NCBI GenBank assembly: GCA_965644495.1
Contig: CBFFSA010000006.1
Span: forward strand, 124,001-188,000
Length of the DNA stretch: 64,000 bases
Direction: 5' to 3'
Origin: Perkinsela sp. CCAP 1560/9
Taxonomy: Eukaryota > Protista > Euglenozoa: Kinetoplastea
In this document: positions 10,176-21,296 of the stretch, piece after piece
Position numbering within the stretch: the first letter of the stretch is position 1
Layout of the letters: each line of letters begins with the position of its first letter
Notes under the pieces: generated by a model
Told to the model about the DNA's origin: nothing
The model's database searches: none
The model's input: the letters and a program-made list of their open reading frames with translations, nothing else
Made by a program: the position numbers and the translations under genes

Positions 10176-11417
10176 CGGCTTTCGTTTTCAAACAGAATCA
10201 CGCGCGTGTTTCTTCTCGAGAAGAAAGTTTAAACCAAAGTTTAAACCAATGTTTTGAAGAAGAAATAGAATTTGGGATACGGCTAAAAATTAGCTGTACT
10301 GTAAAAAGTCTTTTGTACTTCGTAATAATTGTAATACTGTGACACCCCTTTAATATGCACACGTTTTTGTGGTTCTTGCATATTAAAAAGAGGGGGTGCG
10401 TAGTAAAGGAGGTCCAAAAAAGTACACTTCCCTAGTGGTGAACGTATGTCGGACCTAGTGGACTAATTTTTACTAGAAATGGTGTTTCACATGAGAGGAA
10501 TGGCAGAAGAGCTAGGGCATCGTTCAAATATTTATGGTGTACAATGCACCTAAGTGGTACAATAACCCCTAGGTACAATAAACGCGATGGAAGTTCTCAA
10601 CGTAGAAGGTACAACTGTTGCGCGTTTCGCGTTAAAAACGACCTCCTCTTTTAGCGAATAATATTTAATTTTTGGGTGTAAGTAGGGTCATTTTTTAGCC
10701 TATGTCCGGAAATTTTGTTAATGAATCTCTCGCTGATCCGGCAGCCATGGCTTCCATGTTCTAATTCCACACCTTCATATTTTGTTAAGAGTTTGCTGTT
10801 CTGCGATTTACAGGTAGCGCCAACGTACATCACCCTGCAATCAACGTCTTCCATTGCTCGCATGACAAAGCGGTTTCTTAATCCGTCTATAACCCCCCAC
10901 GAAAAATCACCCCCCCCCCTTTCCGAAATCTACAGGACCCCCCTGTATATAAAAGATATTGGAGGAGATACGGTGAGTATTTACTACTGTAACTTGCTTA
11001 CTAAGGTTAATTCGGCGAGCGTAAAATGGGTATAAAATGGGTATGAAAACGATGTTTTCAAAAATTTAAAAGCATAGATCTTTTTCATTAAAGAATCTCA
11101 GCAGTGCATCAAAAAAGAAAAAAAAACGAGTACAGTATGCAGGTTTTAAGACCTGTTTACTAAAATCGTGGCTCGGAACGCGGCTCGAAAGTGTGCGAGC
11201 TTGGAACAAAAAATCACGAAGCTGATTGATTCTTATCCCGGAATTCATAAACTACAACTTTTTAAAAGATTTGGGATTTTTTTCAGCTCCTAAACTAAAT
11301 TTCAGAACTCCGTTTTTTCTCAAAACGCGTTTCAACGTGGCCAACCTGCCACCTTTTCGCGAAAAGTAGTGACAGATAACTAGTACAGTATAAGCTTTCA
11401 GAGTTAAAATGGGTTAC

Positions 11418-11598
11418 GATGGGTTCCTTGGGGAAAACATCGTTTTCTAATACCCTTTTTACGGCGGATTTCCTGAGGACCATCCCCTTCGAGCACAAGG
11501 CCGAGGACATGCATGCCAAGAGCGCCCTGCAAGGCCTACCTCCAGGCTTGTTAGCCAAGGAGTTAAGACACAACCTGTGCGAGACGGCAGTGGGGAAG
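11418..11598 (+). mobile_element. Fragment of CRE-like non-LTR retrotransposon
   Basis: GKTSFSNTLFTADFLRTIPFEHKAEDM..K..LQGL is homologous to GKTPFANHLFTADFLGTTPFEHKAEGM at ~51680-51865. Confidence 0.8.
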
Positions 11599-11727
11599 AA
11601 AAGGAAGTTAACATTGTTCTTTGACGCTTTGTTCGCATATTAAAATTTACATTCGTATGCTTACATACGAGAGTTACATGTATTTCTGATTTTTCCTAGT
11701 GTCTTAGTGGGCAAGTCATAAAAATTC

Positions 11728-12579
11728 ATGAATCAGGACATGCGGATAGCGGTGCCAGGTGATCCTATGAAATGGGGACCAAGTGGTGGGGGCAATCGCG
11801 AGCGACCGGCTCCTCTGGAAACCTCCTTCATGGCTCGCTCAAAACTGTACTACAGGTCTAAGGCATCTGATGAATATGGTTTTACAGTTACCTCGGTGCC
11901 TTGTAAGGAGGCTAGTGATTTTCCGAAGAAAGGAACAATCTCATACCAGACTGTTCGAATACGGAACCCCGTTTTCAAGGATCTACGAGGACGAATCAGC
12001 GAGAACACCGTAGCATCTAACGAGCTATTCAAAATCAATAATGCGTTTGATTTGAATCAAGAGTCATCAGTGTACTTTAGAAGTCCGAGTCGTCTTCCTC
12101 TGTTACCAAAAAAGAGAGCGTTCAAGTCGACAGAGTGCTTCGTAGACAGTCCACAAAAAAAGAAAACAACGACTTTCGACCCGCCTAACAGAATAAATTT
12201 CGCCCACATATGTCTTTTCGCGGGACTAAAGTTCTATTTAGCCACTGCAGCACATCAAACAGGCATCTCGATGTATCATCTAGCGAAAATTATTACAACG
12301 GCTGGCGGGAGCGTTACACAATTCCTTGGTTCAACTACTCGCATTACACACTACGTAACAAGCAACTATGTACGAAACAAACGTTCAGCCCTTCACAACC
12401 CAGTAGAGAAGCAAGAGGTCATGCTCTACTTAGCACCTCAACCTGCTACCAATCGCGTATTCAAAGGCCGTAATAATGCTGCTTGTAGGTGTACTCGAGC
12501 ATATTATATTCTGCCACAATGGGTGATAGATAGCGTGTTATCTGGCATTCGACTCCCTGAATCAGATTACACACCGTAA
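11728..12579 (+). CDS. BRCT-domain protein
   Basis: C-terminal BRCT pattern LFAGLKFYL...LAKIITTAGG...ITHYVT...ILPQWVIDSV..G.RLPESDY. Confidence 0.75.
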   Translation: MNQDMRIAVPGDPMKWGPSGGGNRERPAPLETSFMARSKLYYRSKASDEYGFTVTSVPCKEASDFPKKGTISYQTVRIRNPVFKDLRGRISENTVASNELFKINNAFDLNQESSVYFRSPSRLPLLPKKRAFKSTECFVDSPQKKKTTTFDPPNRINFAHICLFAGLKFYLATAAHQTGISMYHLAKIITTAGGSVTQFLGSTTRITHYVTSNYVRNKRSALHNPVEKQEVMLYLAPQPATNRVFKGRNNAACRCTRAYYILPQWVIDSVLSGIRLPESDYTP

Positions 12580-13013
12580 TCACGGTTTAATAGTTGTGTC
12601 ATAGAAGTGCAAATATTTTTTTAAATACCGTTTCAGTTACGATTCCTGTACGGCAGCCTACACTATCTGGGCGTGGCGTTTCTGAGTGACCACTCCTATG
12701 ACCATCACAAGTTTTTTTCATAATTTTTTAGCACCCTACTTAGAAAGTTTAGAGTCTCGGGACCAGGCACATCGTGCATTTATGTGCATATCATACATTT
12801 GCATGACTGCACATTATCGTCCGAATGGTCTTACGATATACAATCAGATGTACAATCAGGAAGTGCAACGAACTTGATCCTCTGAACATATTGTTATTGC
12901 TAGAAAACCTTTTTATTTGCCCGTTTGTAATGAACTACACTTCACACCGGCGTTTAGGAATTTTCATTTATAATTTTTTATTATTATTGTCGCTTATTCG
13001 CAAGTATTACCTA

Positions 13014-13304
13014 ATGCGAAAGGAACGTGGTAATGCAACAAATAGGACGTCGGCACGCATTTGCAGCATCAAACTACGAGCTTCATGGCATTGGAAACTA
13101 GAATATCACGATGACAAAGACTGCGGTATATGCCGATCTTTGTTAGACGAGTTCTGCGGCACTTGCAGGACACCAGGAGACGACTGTCCAGTTGTCATCG
13201 GCTTATGTAAACATGCCTTTCACAAACATTGTATAGAAACTTGGTGTTTGAACGAAGAAAAATGCCCTTTGTGTCGCCTATCTTGGAGAGTATTGTATTC
13301 ATAA
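13014..13304 (+). CDS. APC11: Anaphase-promoting complex subunit 11 (RING-H2)
   Basis: ASWHW...CGICR...C..C..PGDDCPVVIG.CKHAFH.HCI..W......CPLCR..W. The PGDDCP signature distinguishes it from RBX1. ATG 13014 is preferred over 12825. Confidence 0.9.
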   Translation: MRKERGNATNRTSARICSIKLRASWHWKLEYHDDKDCGICRSLLDEFCGTCRTPGDDCPVVIGLCKHAFHKHCIETWCLNEEKCPLCRLSWRVLYS

Positions 13305-13509
13305 CGTGATTCTCAGCGACAGTTTCGCAAAATATTTCGCTATGGACTCAATAAAGTTTTAACCTCGGGAAATGGGCTAATGTTTCTGCTTTTCATTTTC
13401 GTATTTCTTCGAAAAAAGCATTCCCGTAATTTATTTATGATTCATGCAGGGCAGAACCTGCAGTGTGTCGGGCATTGCGCGCATACAACGTGCTGCCCTA
13501 TAAAATTCG

Positions 13510-14035
13510 TCAAGCGGAAGGCTGTGCATCGGGCCAGGAAGTTTCTTCTCTGTTATGCCATATCAGGTAGCTGCCTTGAATAGTCTCGCGGATCATTTTG
13601 TGCATCGTGGATTTCGCTAGTGGCGTGTTGTTGTCGAAGAGGACCCCAATAGTGCTCGCCGTGGCATTAGGCATACCGCGTGCTCCGATTTCAAATACAT
13701 ACGAGCGCATAGCATGGGACATTTTGGCCCCTTCGCTTATGAATTAGTTGGTCATATTTGTGGCGCTTTCGCTGATTCGCTTGGAAGAAGTTCTCTTCCC
13801 AGGGCACTGTTAATTCAATTATATACTATACTATGTACTCGCATCCGTTTCTCAGGCGGACCCATCCGTCGGGGCGGAGGAGGGAATCATCGTTGGCAAT
13901 CCACGAGGGGGGGTTACCCATGCCTGGAAGGTCGAAGTGACATCTTTCCGTCAGGTAGGACTTCTGCACTTCCTCTGCTAAGGCTTGAAGTGCCATGTTA
14001 TGTCTCATGGTGTATCTGCCCTGTTCAAGGGAAAT
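13510..14035 (-). mobile_element. 3' fragment of an RLE-type non-LTR retrotransposon (HERO/R4-like), frameshifted
   Basis: Across frames: LEQGRYTMRHN...DLPG...RPD...IELTVPWEEN...RK..KY...EIGARG...GSYLIWHNR. These are hallmark motifs of the restriction-like endonuclease C-terminus. Confidence 0.8.
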
Positions 14036-14879
14036 AAAGGGGGGTGCTTTATTCGTGTCGAGGGGTTTATACTGTATGTATGGCTTTGCATCAACTATGA
14101 ATAAACCTAGGGACACGAGTAAGTCACCCCCCCTTACTTTTTGCATGAAGGGGCCTAGGGAGGTTATGATACCACTTTTTCGTTCAGAATTTCGGGATCT
14201 ACACGTTCCCGCTATTTTTAGCTGCTTTTAAAAAAATGAAAAAAAGTTCCTTTTTTTTTTAAAAAAAATTGACAAGAATTTTTTTTCATGGTGAAATCCA
14301 GGTACCGTCTTCCAAAAGGGGGATAATAATGTTTATCTGATGAGAAGATATTTAATACGAATGATACACATCAAAAGATGTGAGTTGCCCCAGGAGAAAA
14401 GGCCGTCCCCACGCAGGGCGCCCAAATGTCACGTGTAAGGTGCCATTGGAGTTGGATGGTGTTACCTTGTGGTGCTACTATCCAACATTTCAATCACAAG
14501 TGAAACTTGTGTAGAAATTTTAAGTAATGCTCCCTTTCCCCTCAAATTTATTTTTCAGCAAGATGGGACGGGTTCACGCACGACGAAAAGTACGAAAACC
14601 TATTTCTTTACTTCAAAAATTAAATACACACCAAATTGGCCGGCAGGTTCTCCTGACCGTAACCCTATTGAGAACGTGTGGGAAATGATTCAGCAACGCG
14701 TAAATGAAATGAATCCGTCTTGTACTACACCTTGTACGCCTTGTACCTCTCTAATTAAGTGCGTAAAAAAGCTTTTAATAATATTCTTGAATTTGAGCTT
14801 GACCGTACTGTTTTAAGTTTCGACGGATGCCTGAAACTATGCAAAAACAAATGGTGGCTAAAAAGTAAAAAAGGAGTAA

Positions 14880-15605
14880 GGGTACATACCACTTATATTG
14901 CACCCACTTTCAAAATAATGATATGAATGCACTGAAATGTTTTCTTCCGCAGCGTAACTTCACACACTTTATCTCACTTCCTCCTTCCGCCTACTTTACG
15001 TCAAAATTGCAGTATGCTTAAAGTTGGCCACTTTACACGTCAAATGCCCATGCGCAGATAAAATGCTTGTAGGCAGATAAACTGCCAATGGACAGATAAA
15101 ATGCCACAAAAAAAAGCTTGGCGTTAATACCAGTGGCGGGGAAGACCGCTAGGAGGTCCCACGTTGGACCATGTTGCCCCATGTTAGGGCTGTGGGAAAT
15201 ATTGAGAAGACTCCTAGATTACCTGTCTGGAGGTAAGGCCTAACTTTGAGCGTAGCCCACGTCTGTGAGCAAAGCCCAACTGTGGGCGTAGCCCTGGGAC
15301 AGAATTATATTTTAGCTCCCCTGCACACAGAAGCGAGCGGGGGAGCGTACTAGGAATCAACGTTTGTCCCTTCCGCAGGATTGTGTACTTGTTTTCCTAT
15401 GTTGTGTGACCGGGCGTGTGATCCAGTAGCTTTTTAGGCTATGCTGTCCATTTCAACTCTGTGGCACAGTTTGACCCAAAAAATAGAAAAGTGGGTGCAA
15501 TATAAGTGGGCATTACCCTTTTTGGGTACAGACTGCCAATGGACAGATAAAATGCCACACAAAATAGAAAAGTGGGTGCAATATACATGTAAATGGGCAT
15601 TACCC
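14880..15605. mobile_element. Non-autonomous TIR element with 8-bp TSD (Merlin-like by GG termini)
   Basis: TIR GGGTA..(C)CACTTATATTGCACCCACTTT and its inverse at 15487-15518 and 15570-15605. Exact direct repeat AGGAGTAA at 14872-14879 and 15606-15613. Confidence 0.7.
15210..15410 (+). repeat. Dispersed repeat built from ~18-bp AAGCCC/TAGCCC units (copies: 16235-16352 inverted; 44085-44360)
   Basis: Shared TAGTTTACCTGTCTGGAGGCAAAGCCCAACTGTGAGCGTAGCCCTGGGACAGAATTA-type sequence in three places. Confidence 0.75.
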
Positions 15606-15789
15606 AGGAGTAACACTAAATTCATATTTTATTGGTTCCCAGTTATTCTCTATATGATATGCGCAAACAAGCGTCACCGAGATCTGCAAAATGCAACAAA
15701 AATTAGCCCAAACGAAGACTTTACACAAACTTTAGAGGGGGGTGACTTATCGTGTCCCTAAGTTTATAGCTATTTCCCGCTCTCGACGG

Positions 15790-16227
15790 TCCTCTGTCAT
15801 AGAGGGTCTATGGATCTTCCGAACCATAGACTATGGTTCGGAGAATCGCGGGATCGACATACACTGCGAGAACGCGTAGTGATACTCGGTGAGCACTCGT
15901 GGTGCATCACACAACCCGTGAGGATCACACACCGGGAGCAGTGAGCTGCCCGGGGCCCGGATGTTAGGGCCGCTTCACAAACTTACGCGGGATCAGCATT
16001 AGCTGGATGCGCAGTGCGGTGTGTTCAGACGGTGGAAGTCAAGGACTTTTGCATAAGTAAAGGACTATTGCATAAGTAAAGGACTCGCGCGACCCCCGCT
16101 AAATAGGGGCAGAAGGTGGTAGTTGTGGGGTATGGAGGCCTCTCGCAACTCTGGGGCCTCACCGGGTGCAAGACAGAAGTGCAAAGGCTTTAATTTCAGT
16201 GGTTCCTGGCTGGAGCGTGCGGGTCGC
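15790..16227 (+). ncRNA. Candidate structured non-coding RNA or structured element UTR (unassigned)
   Basis: Many nested helices, several with G-U pairs on the + strand (see findings). No family recognised. Confidence 0.3.
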
Positions 16228-16412
16228 TACAAAATATAATTCTCTCCCAGGGCTACGCTCACAGTTGGGCATTGCTCGCAACCTGGCGCTTTTGCCTCCA
16301 GACGTGGGCTTCACTCACTGTTGGGCCTTGCCTCCAGACACCTAAACTAGGTGTCGCTGTCCTGGGATAAGGACCTGCAAGTAAAGGACTTTTGCATAAG
16401 TAAAGGACTTTT
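16040..16412. repeat. 21-bp tandem AAGGACT(T/A)TTGCATAAGTA blocks at 16040-16085 and 16370-16412
   Basis: Directly visible; a single unit also occurs at ~46583-46600. Confidence 0.7.
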
Positions 16413-16772
16413 GTGGAACACCTAACCATTTTTTTAAATTTTCATTTTTTATGTTACAAGCCCCGCACCTGAGGTCACTCGTGAGGGGATATAATGGCAG
16501 TGAAGTATAGAAAGTGTGATTCAGCGGCATACATTGCCAAGAATTTCCATTTTGGTATAAGGGGTTACCCCGCTAAAACGACCGAAAAAGGCGCAAAAAT
16601 ACAATTTCCCCCGAAAAACACCAGAAATCGTCGTTTTTTGGTGTTTTTGAAGGACCACCCTTTATACTGAAACGGTTGTTTCGAGGTTAAGTTTGTACAT
16701 AGGACCATATGTAGCCGTTATCTATCCTTCGTGTACATGGTCTTCAACTTGCCTTGCAGTACAACGGCAATA

Positions 16773-16886
16773 CAGGGGGGGCACGAAAAATGTTACACCT
16801 GCCAATTTTGGCCTATACGGCCGTTTTAGCAAATTTTTGTTGCATTTTGCGGATCTCAGTGTTAATATCGTGTTGAAACCATTCTG
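16773..16886 (+). mobile_element. Solo TIR of the Tc1 family at 41968-43501
   Basis: TA-CAGGGGGGGCACGAAAA...GTGTTGAAACCATTCTGA, nearly identical to 41968-42085. Confidence 0.85.
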
Positions 16887-17109
16887 AATGAATCTAACAA
16901 TCCATGAATTTCATGCACATCAAACAATTTGTTTCATGACACTTTAGAGTATCTATTGAAAGTTCCCGTGTAATGAATTCAGATTTCAAGACAACCGGAA
17001 GTTTTTCATTAACATGAAGTTCCTTCATCAAAACAAAATTAATGTGCTTGCATCTGTTCCCTCTACGGTCGTCTGGACACGTACATTGAGTTCCCCCAGT
17101 GCCAATATA

Positions 17110-17926
17110 CAGTGGTGATCAGCGTCTTTTACCCCTCCCCCCTACAAGTCTTGTATTTTGCCCGATTTTGGAAATATTTCGTATACCACCGTTTTTCGAC
17201 CCAATCGTTCCGAATCCGAGGTCCGTTTCACTCGAGCGACCCCCTACCCCCCTTATCCAGGTAGGGGCCAAAATGTAGGTCAACCCGATTTTCGAGGCAA
17301 ATTTTCGGATAATTTTTGTAAAATAGTGACTTGAAATCCAGATAAGAAGCATGTAAGGAGGCAGAAAGCTCGTGATTCGTGCTCAGTTAAGTGTTTCTAT
17401 GCCTTCTCGCCCGCCAAAAATTCTTGGGATGGCTGTACAAAAGGTTTTCAGGCAATTCTGGTTCATCCCGAAAATTATTCAGGATAAAGGGGGGATTGTG
17501 AAAAAAATGGACAAAATATTAAGAAAAGTTTTTATATCGATAATGATAGCTCTTCTAATAGGTGACAAAAGCTGTGCACATCTCACGACGTACGTTTTGT
17601 GCAGGAAGACACGCGGGCCGAGATAGTTCCGTCGTGTAAAAGCGAAGAAGCACGGAAAATGACGCAAGTTAAGGGTGTTCTGTAAAAATCATGGCTTTTT
17701 GCACATTTTTTTGAGGTTTCAATATGAACCAGCTTTCAACGAGTGAAAAGGACCTCGGATTCGGAACGATTGGGTCGAAAAACGGTGGTATACCAAATAT
17801 CTCCAAAATCGGAGAAAATACAAGACCTGTAGGGGGGGTACATATCGTTGCCCACTACTGTGTACAAGAACCTAAAGGTCTATACAAGAGCTGTAGGGGG
17901 GGGGTAAAAGACGCTGATCACCACTG
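17110..17926. mobile_element. Tc1/mariner-type MITE with ~125-bp TIRs and TA TSD
   Basis: TA-CAGTGGTGATCAGCGTCTTTTACCCC... and ...GGGGTAAAAGACGCTGATCACCACTG-TA. The right TIR has an internal duplication. Confidence 0.85.
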
Positions 17927-18294
17927 TACACTGTAACGGCGATCTGTGGCTCGCAACGAGAAGCCAGCTACGGGTTTCATCAACGATTCGGCTTTTGGTG
18001 ATAAAAAAGGGACCGAATTCTGGCAATTTTAAACGACACTTGGTCGCGCCCTCAAGTTCTTTGAGACGAATTCGTTTCCGAAGTCGCTCTCCACAGTGAA
18101 AACAAGGAGTGTACGCCCCGAAGAATGATTTTTCATCCATAGAACAACATTTTCAGTAGTTTTCAGAATTGAAGTCACCAATATTATTCAGACTAATGGT
18201 GTGCCCCCTAGACAGCCCATATAGACGAAATCAATGCGGAAATGCAAAAGGAACGTACACGGCAAGTGCATCGAGCACCACCAGGGCCAACATA

Positions 18295-18425
18295 CAGTGG
18301 TGATCAGCGTCTCTTACCCCCCCCCCCTACAGATCTTGTATTTTGTTCGATTTTGGAAATATTTTGTATGGTACTGTTTTTCGACCCAATCGTTCCGAAT
18401 CCAAGGTCCTTTGGACCTTTGGACG
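18295..18425 (+). mobile_element. Left TIR of the CAGTGGTGATCAGC MITE family
   Basis: TA-CAGTGGTGATCAGCGTCTCTTACCCC...CCGAATCCAAGGTCC. Confidence 0.8.
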
Positions 18426-18539
18426 ACGAGGTACTGTGGACGCCCCCCCCTGCCCCCCCTGGCCCCCCTTGGCCCCCCTTGGACCCTCCATTTTTTCCAC
18501 CGCAACTTTAGTAATAGGAACTACTATTGAATTTCAAGA

Positions 18540-20465
18540 ATGAGCTCGAAAATGAATGTATCAAAGACGCGTGGCATTCGTCATTCTATACTGAGCTTCA
18601 GTAGAATGCACGGTGTGTATCTTCACCCCGCAGCCCTTAAAGTTTTAACGCAAGAGCTGTCGTCGGACACGTCAGAGATACAAAAGAAATATGACATAGA
18701 CAGAATGCTAGATGAGTTTTTTAAGCTATTTGCAGCTTCAAGGTCTTCAAGTAAAAGTTCGGCCGTTAAACAAGATGCTGATGGAAAAGTAGGAGCTGAA
18801 GCAGAGGAAAACACTATTACACTTGATTCATGCCGAACGATTTTAGAGAAAATGAAGAGTCTATCGAATAGCACCATGTCTTCCGAAGTTTTTCGAAGGG
18901 AAGACTTATATTTGCAAGGAACTGCAACAGATGTTTTAAGATGCATTCGCTATATCAATATTCTAGATTTGCCAAGATTACAATATCACGCTACACGGAG
19001 CCAGTGGGTAATTCATGAGGATATACAATGCGATGCAAACGAGGCCGACCTGAATAACGAACGTTTACAACTTATGCAAAATCGTTTCGAAATTGTGTTA
19101 CACAGGCTTAGGAGACATCCTTTGTTCGAAACTTTGCGTGGCCCTGGGGAGTCCTCTGTTGTGGCACGAATTGAAGAATCGACCCAATTAGAACGGGACC
19201 GATCGCTATTTACCGCATCAGATTTGGAAGGAATTCCATTATGTGAAGGACGTGACGGAAATACAGCCGAATTTTTTGTTTGTGGTATTCTTTCTAAACC
19301 GAATGAACAAAAATGGGTCCTTGAGGACGCGCGCAGCTCAGTGGAAATGGTGTTCAAAGATAACACCCAGCAAGGTTCAACCGCAGGATACATCCTGAAT
19401 GGAGCGGTGGCCATAGTGAAAGCACACTGGAATGGCGAAAAACTTATGACTTCCGCTGTTGGACTACCACCAGGAGAAACGAGAAGAACGTCGTTACGTT
19501 CCATTCCAAAATCGCTGGCAGTTTTAGGAAATGAAATATCAGACTCAAGATTTGATCTCACCAAGGACTGTACCAAAATTGTAGTGACGGAAATTTTCTC
19601 CAGGTGTGACATAGACGATATCAACCTATTTCTTTTGTCCGACATTTGCATCGATTTGAAGTCAACCCAAGGGGCCTTAACGAATTTCTTTGGGCATATA
19701 TCTCGGAACGAAAGAACTTCCACTAAACACGAAGGCTACGTGCCCCAGGCTCTCGTATTCGTCTTCTGTGGTCCTTTTTTCAGTGGTCTAGCGAATCTAA
19801 CACTTGGGGAAGCAAAAGGAGATTCTTCTGCAGAACAGCGAAAAGTGTACGAGAAAATGTTTTTTATTCTTTTCGATATTGTCAAAAAAGCATCTCCGAA
19901 CGTGGCGGAATTCTCTCAATTCTATTTTATTCCGGCACCTTCGGAAATAGTTTACAATACGTGTGGAACAGTCTTTCCTCAGATGTCCGTACCGCATTCC
20001 ATGATTCAAGCTATTAACGAGGCAACACGAGTACCTCGGATGCCAACGTCGAATCCTTCGCGTTTTAAATTGATAGATAAGGAAATTGTAATAATGAGAG
20101 ACAGTGTGTGGGAGAAAATGAACAGTGAAGCTTTGATCAGACCCAAAAGTGGGGATTATTCTAGTCACAAAATCGCCGCTCACGAACACGTCGTTAAAAC
20201 AGTAATTGATCTTTCCCATTTACACCCTTATCGCACCGCAGCGTACCCCACAATATGGAATTTGGATCATACACTGCGTCTGTTTCCTTTACCAAATGTA
20301 TTGATGCTATGCGATCACTCGTCCACGACTGATTGCTGGGAATGCATGTACCAAGAATGTTTAGCTTTAAATCCGGGGAGCTTTAAGTCGACATATAGTT
20401 TTCTGTCATATCATCCCTCCACTGGAAGGCATGCATTTAAGAAAGCGGATACAAGAAATATGTAA
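18540..20465 (+). CDS. POLE2: DNA polymerase epsilon subunit B (Dpb2)
   Basis: R...QNRF....RL.R..LF, CGILSK....W.LED, G.PP.E.R, LLSDI.ID, FVFCG.F, F.FIP.P, SNPSR, KTVID.SHL.P, IWNLDHTLRLFPLP..L.L.D, NPGSF motifs. Confidence 0.9.
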   Translation: MSSKMNVSKTRGIRHSILSFSRMHGVYLHPAALKVLTQELSSDTSEIQKKYDIDRMLDEFFKLFAASRSSSKSSAVKQDADGKVGAEAEENTITLDSCRTILEKMKSLSNSTMSSEVFRREDLYLQGTATDVLRCIRYINILDLPRLQYHATRSQWVIHEDIQCDANEADLNNERLQLMQNRFEIVLHRLRRHPLFETLRGPGESSVVARIEESTQLERDRSLFTASDLEGIPLCEGRDGNTAEFFVCGILSKPNEQKWVLEDARSSVEMVFKDNTQQGSTAGYILNGAVAIVKAHWNGEKLMTSAVGLPPGETRRTSLRSIPKSLAVLGNEISDSRFDLTKDCTKIVVTEIFSRCDIDDINLFLLSDICIDLKSTQGALTNFFGHISRNERTSTKHEGYVPQALVFVFCGPFFSGLANLTLGEAKGDSSAEQRKVYEKMFFILFDIVKKASPNVAEFSQFYFIPAPSEIVYNTCGTVFPQMSVPHSMIQAINEATRVPRMPTSNPSRFKLIDKEIVIMRDSVWEKMNSEALIRPKSGDYSSHKIAAHEHVVKTVIDLSHLHPYRTAAYPTIWNLDHTLRLFPLPNVLMLCDHSSTTDCWECMYQECLALNPGSFKSTYSFLSYHPSTGRHAFKKADTRNM

Positions 20466-21296
20466 ACTAACTATGTGTATGGAATTTTTTCCGCATTCCC
20501 CAGCAAGGTCGTTTTCGGACCACTGTCGCCTCTTTTACTGTCCCTTCCTACAGTAGTAGTTCGAGGAGTACCCCCTTACATAAGAGTTCTTTTTTCTTAT
20601 ACATCACTGCATTGGACGGCGACGAAGGTCAAAAATTGGCGATTTCTAAAATCGGGGATCTCTAAAATCATATATTTTCGATAGCGATACTTAAGTACAT
20701 AGTGTTATATTTAATTACGGTATTATTTAATTACGCTTTTAAGGTTATTTTTGGCTAAAATTAATCTTAATTAAATTAACCGTAATATAATCCACTCGCA
20801 AATTAATAATTTTTGAACACACATTTTGAGTAACTTTTAAGCGCCCAAGCCATTGGATTCGTCTGTGATCATTTTATAAAGGTTTCTGTTTCGTATGAAA
20901 GTGAGGTCGATGGTGATAGACATGATAAAAAATATTTTGTTTTGGGGGCTAAAAATAATCTTAACTAAAAATAACTGCAATTAAAAATAACCGTAATATA
21001 ATCCACTCGTATTTGAATACTTCACTGTATAATACTTTGTTATTTATTATATTTTTAGTATTACGTTTTCTTTGGTAACAGAGGGTAGAGCGGGAGTGCA
21101 ACTAATTGTGCAACTGACACAATTAACTATTTAGAGACTAAGTTACGCGTTGTGGTCATATTCTTAGCAAGGACATTAAAGATCCTGGAATATTATCCAG
21201 AAGTTCCTTGTGCTCAGGTATTATCAATATCTCTGGAGGAATAGTTCAGTAGAACATTTAAGACAAGAAAAACTTACTTTGCACTAGTCCACCCAA

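Larger units (their letters stand above)
14104..15764 (+). mobile_element. Degenerate Tc1/mariner element with nested insertions
   Basis: TIRs AACCTAGGGACACGAGTAAGTCACCCCCC (14104-14132) and its inverse at 15737-15764, with TA on both sides. DDE relic ..DEK.F (~14340), FQQDG and WPAGSPDRNPIENVW in ORF 14469-14816. Confidence 0.75.
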
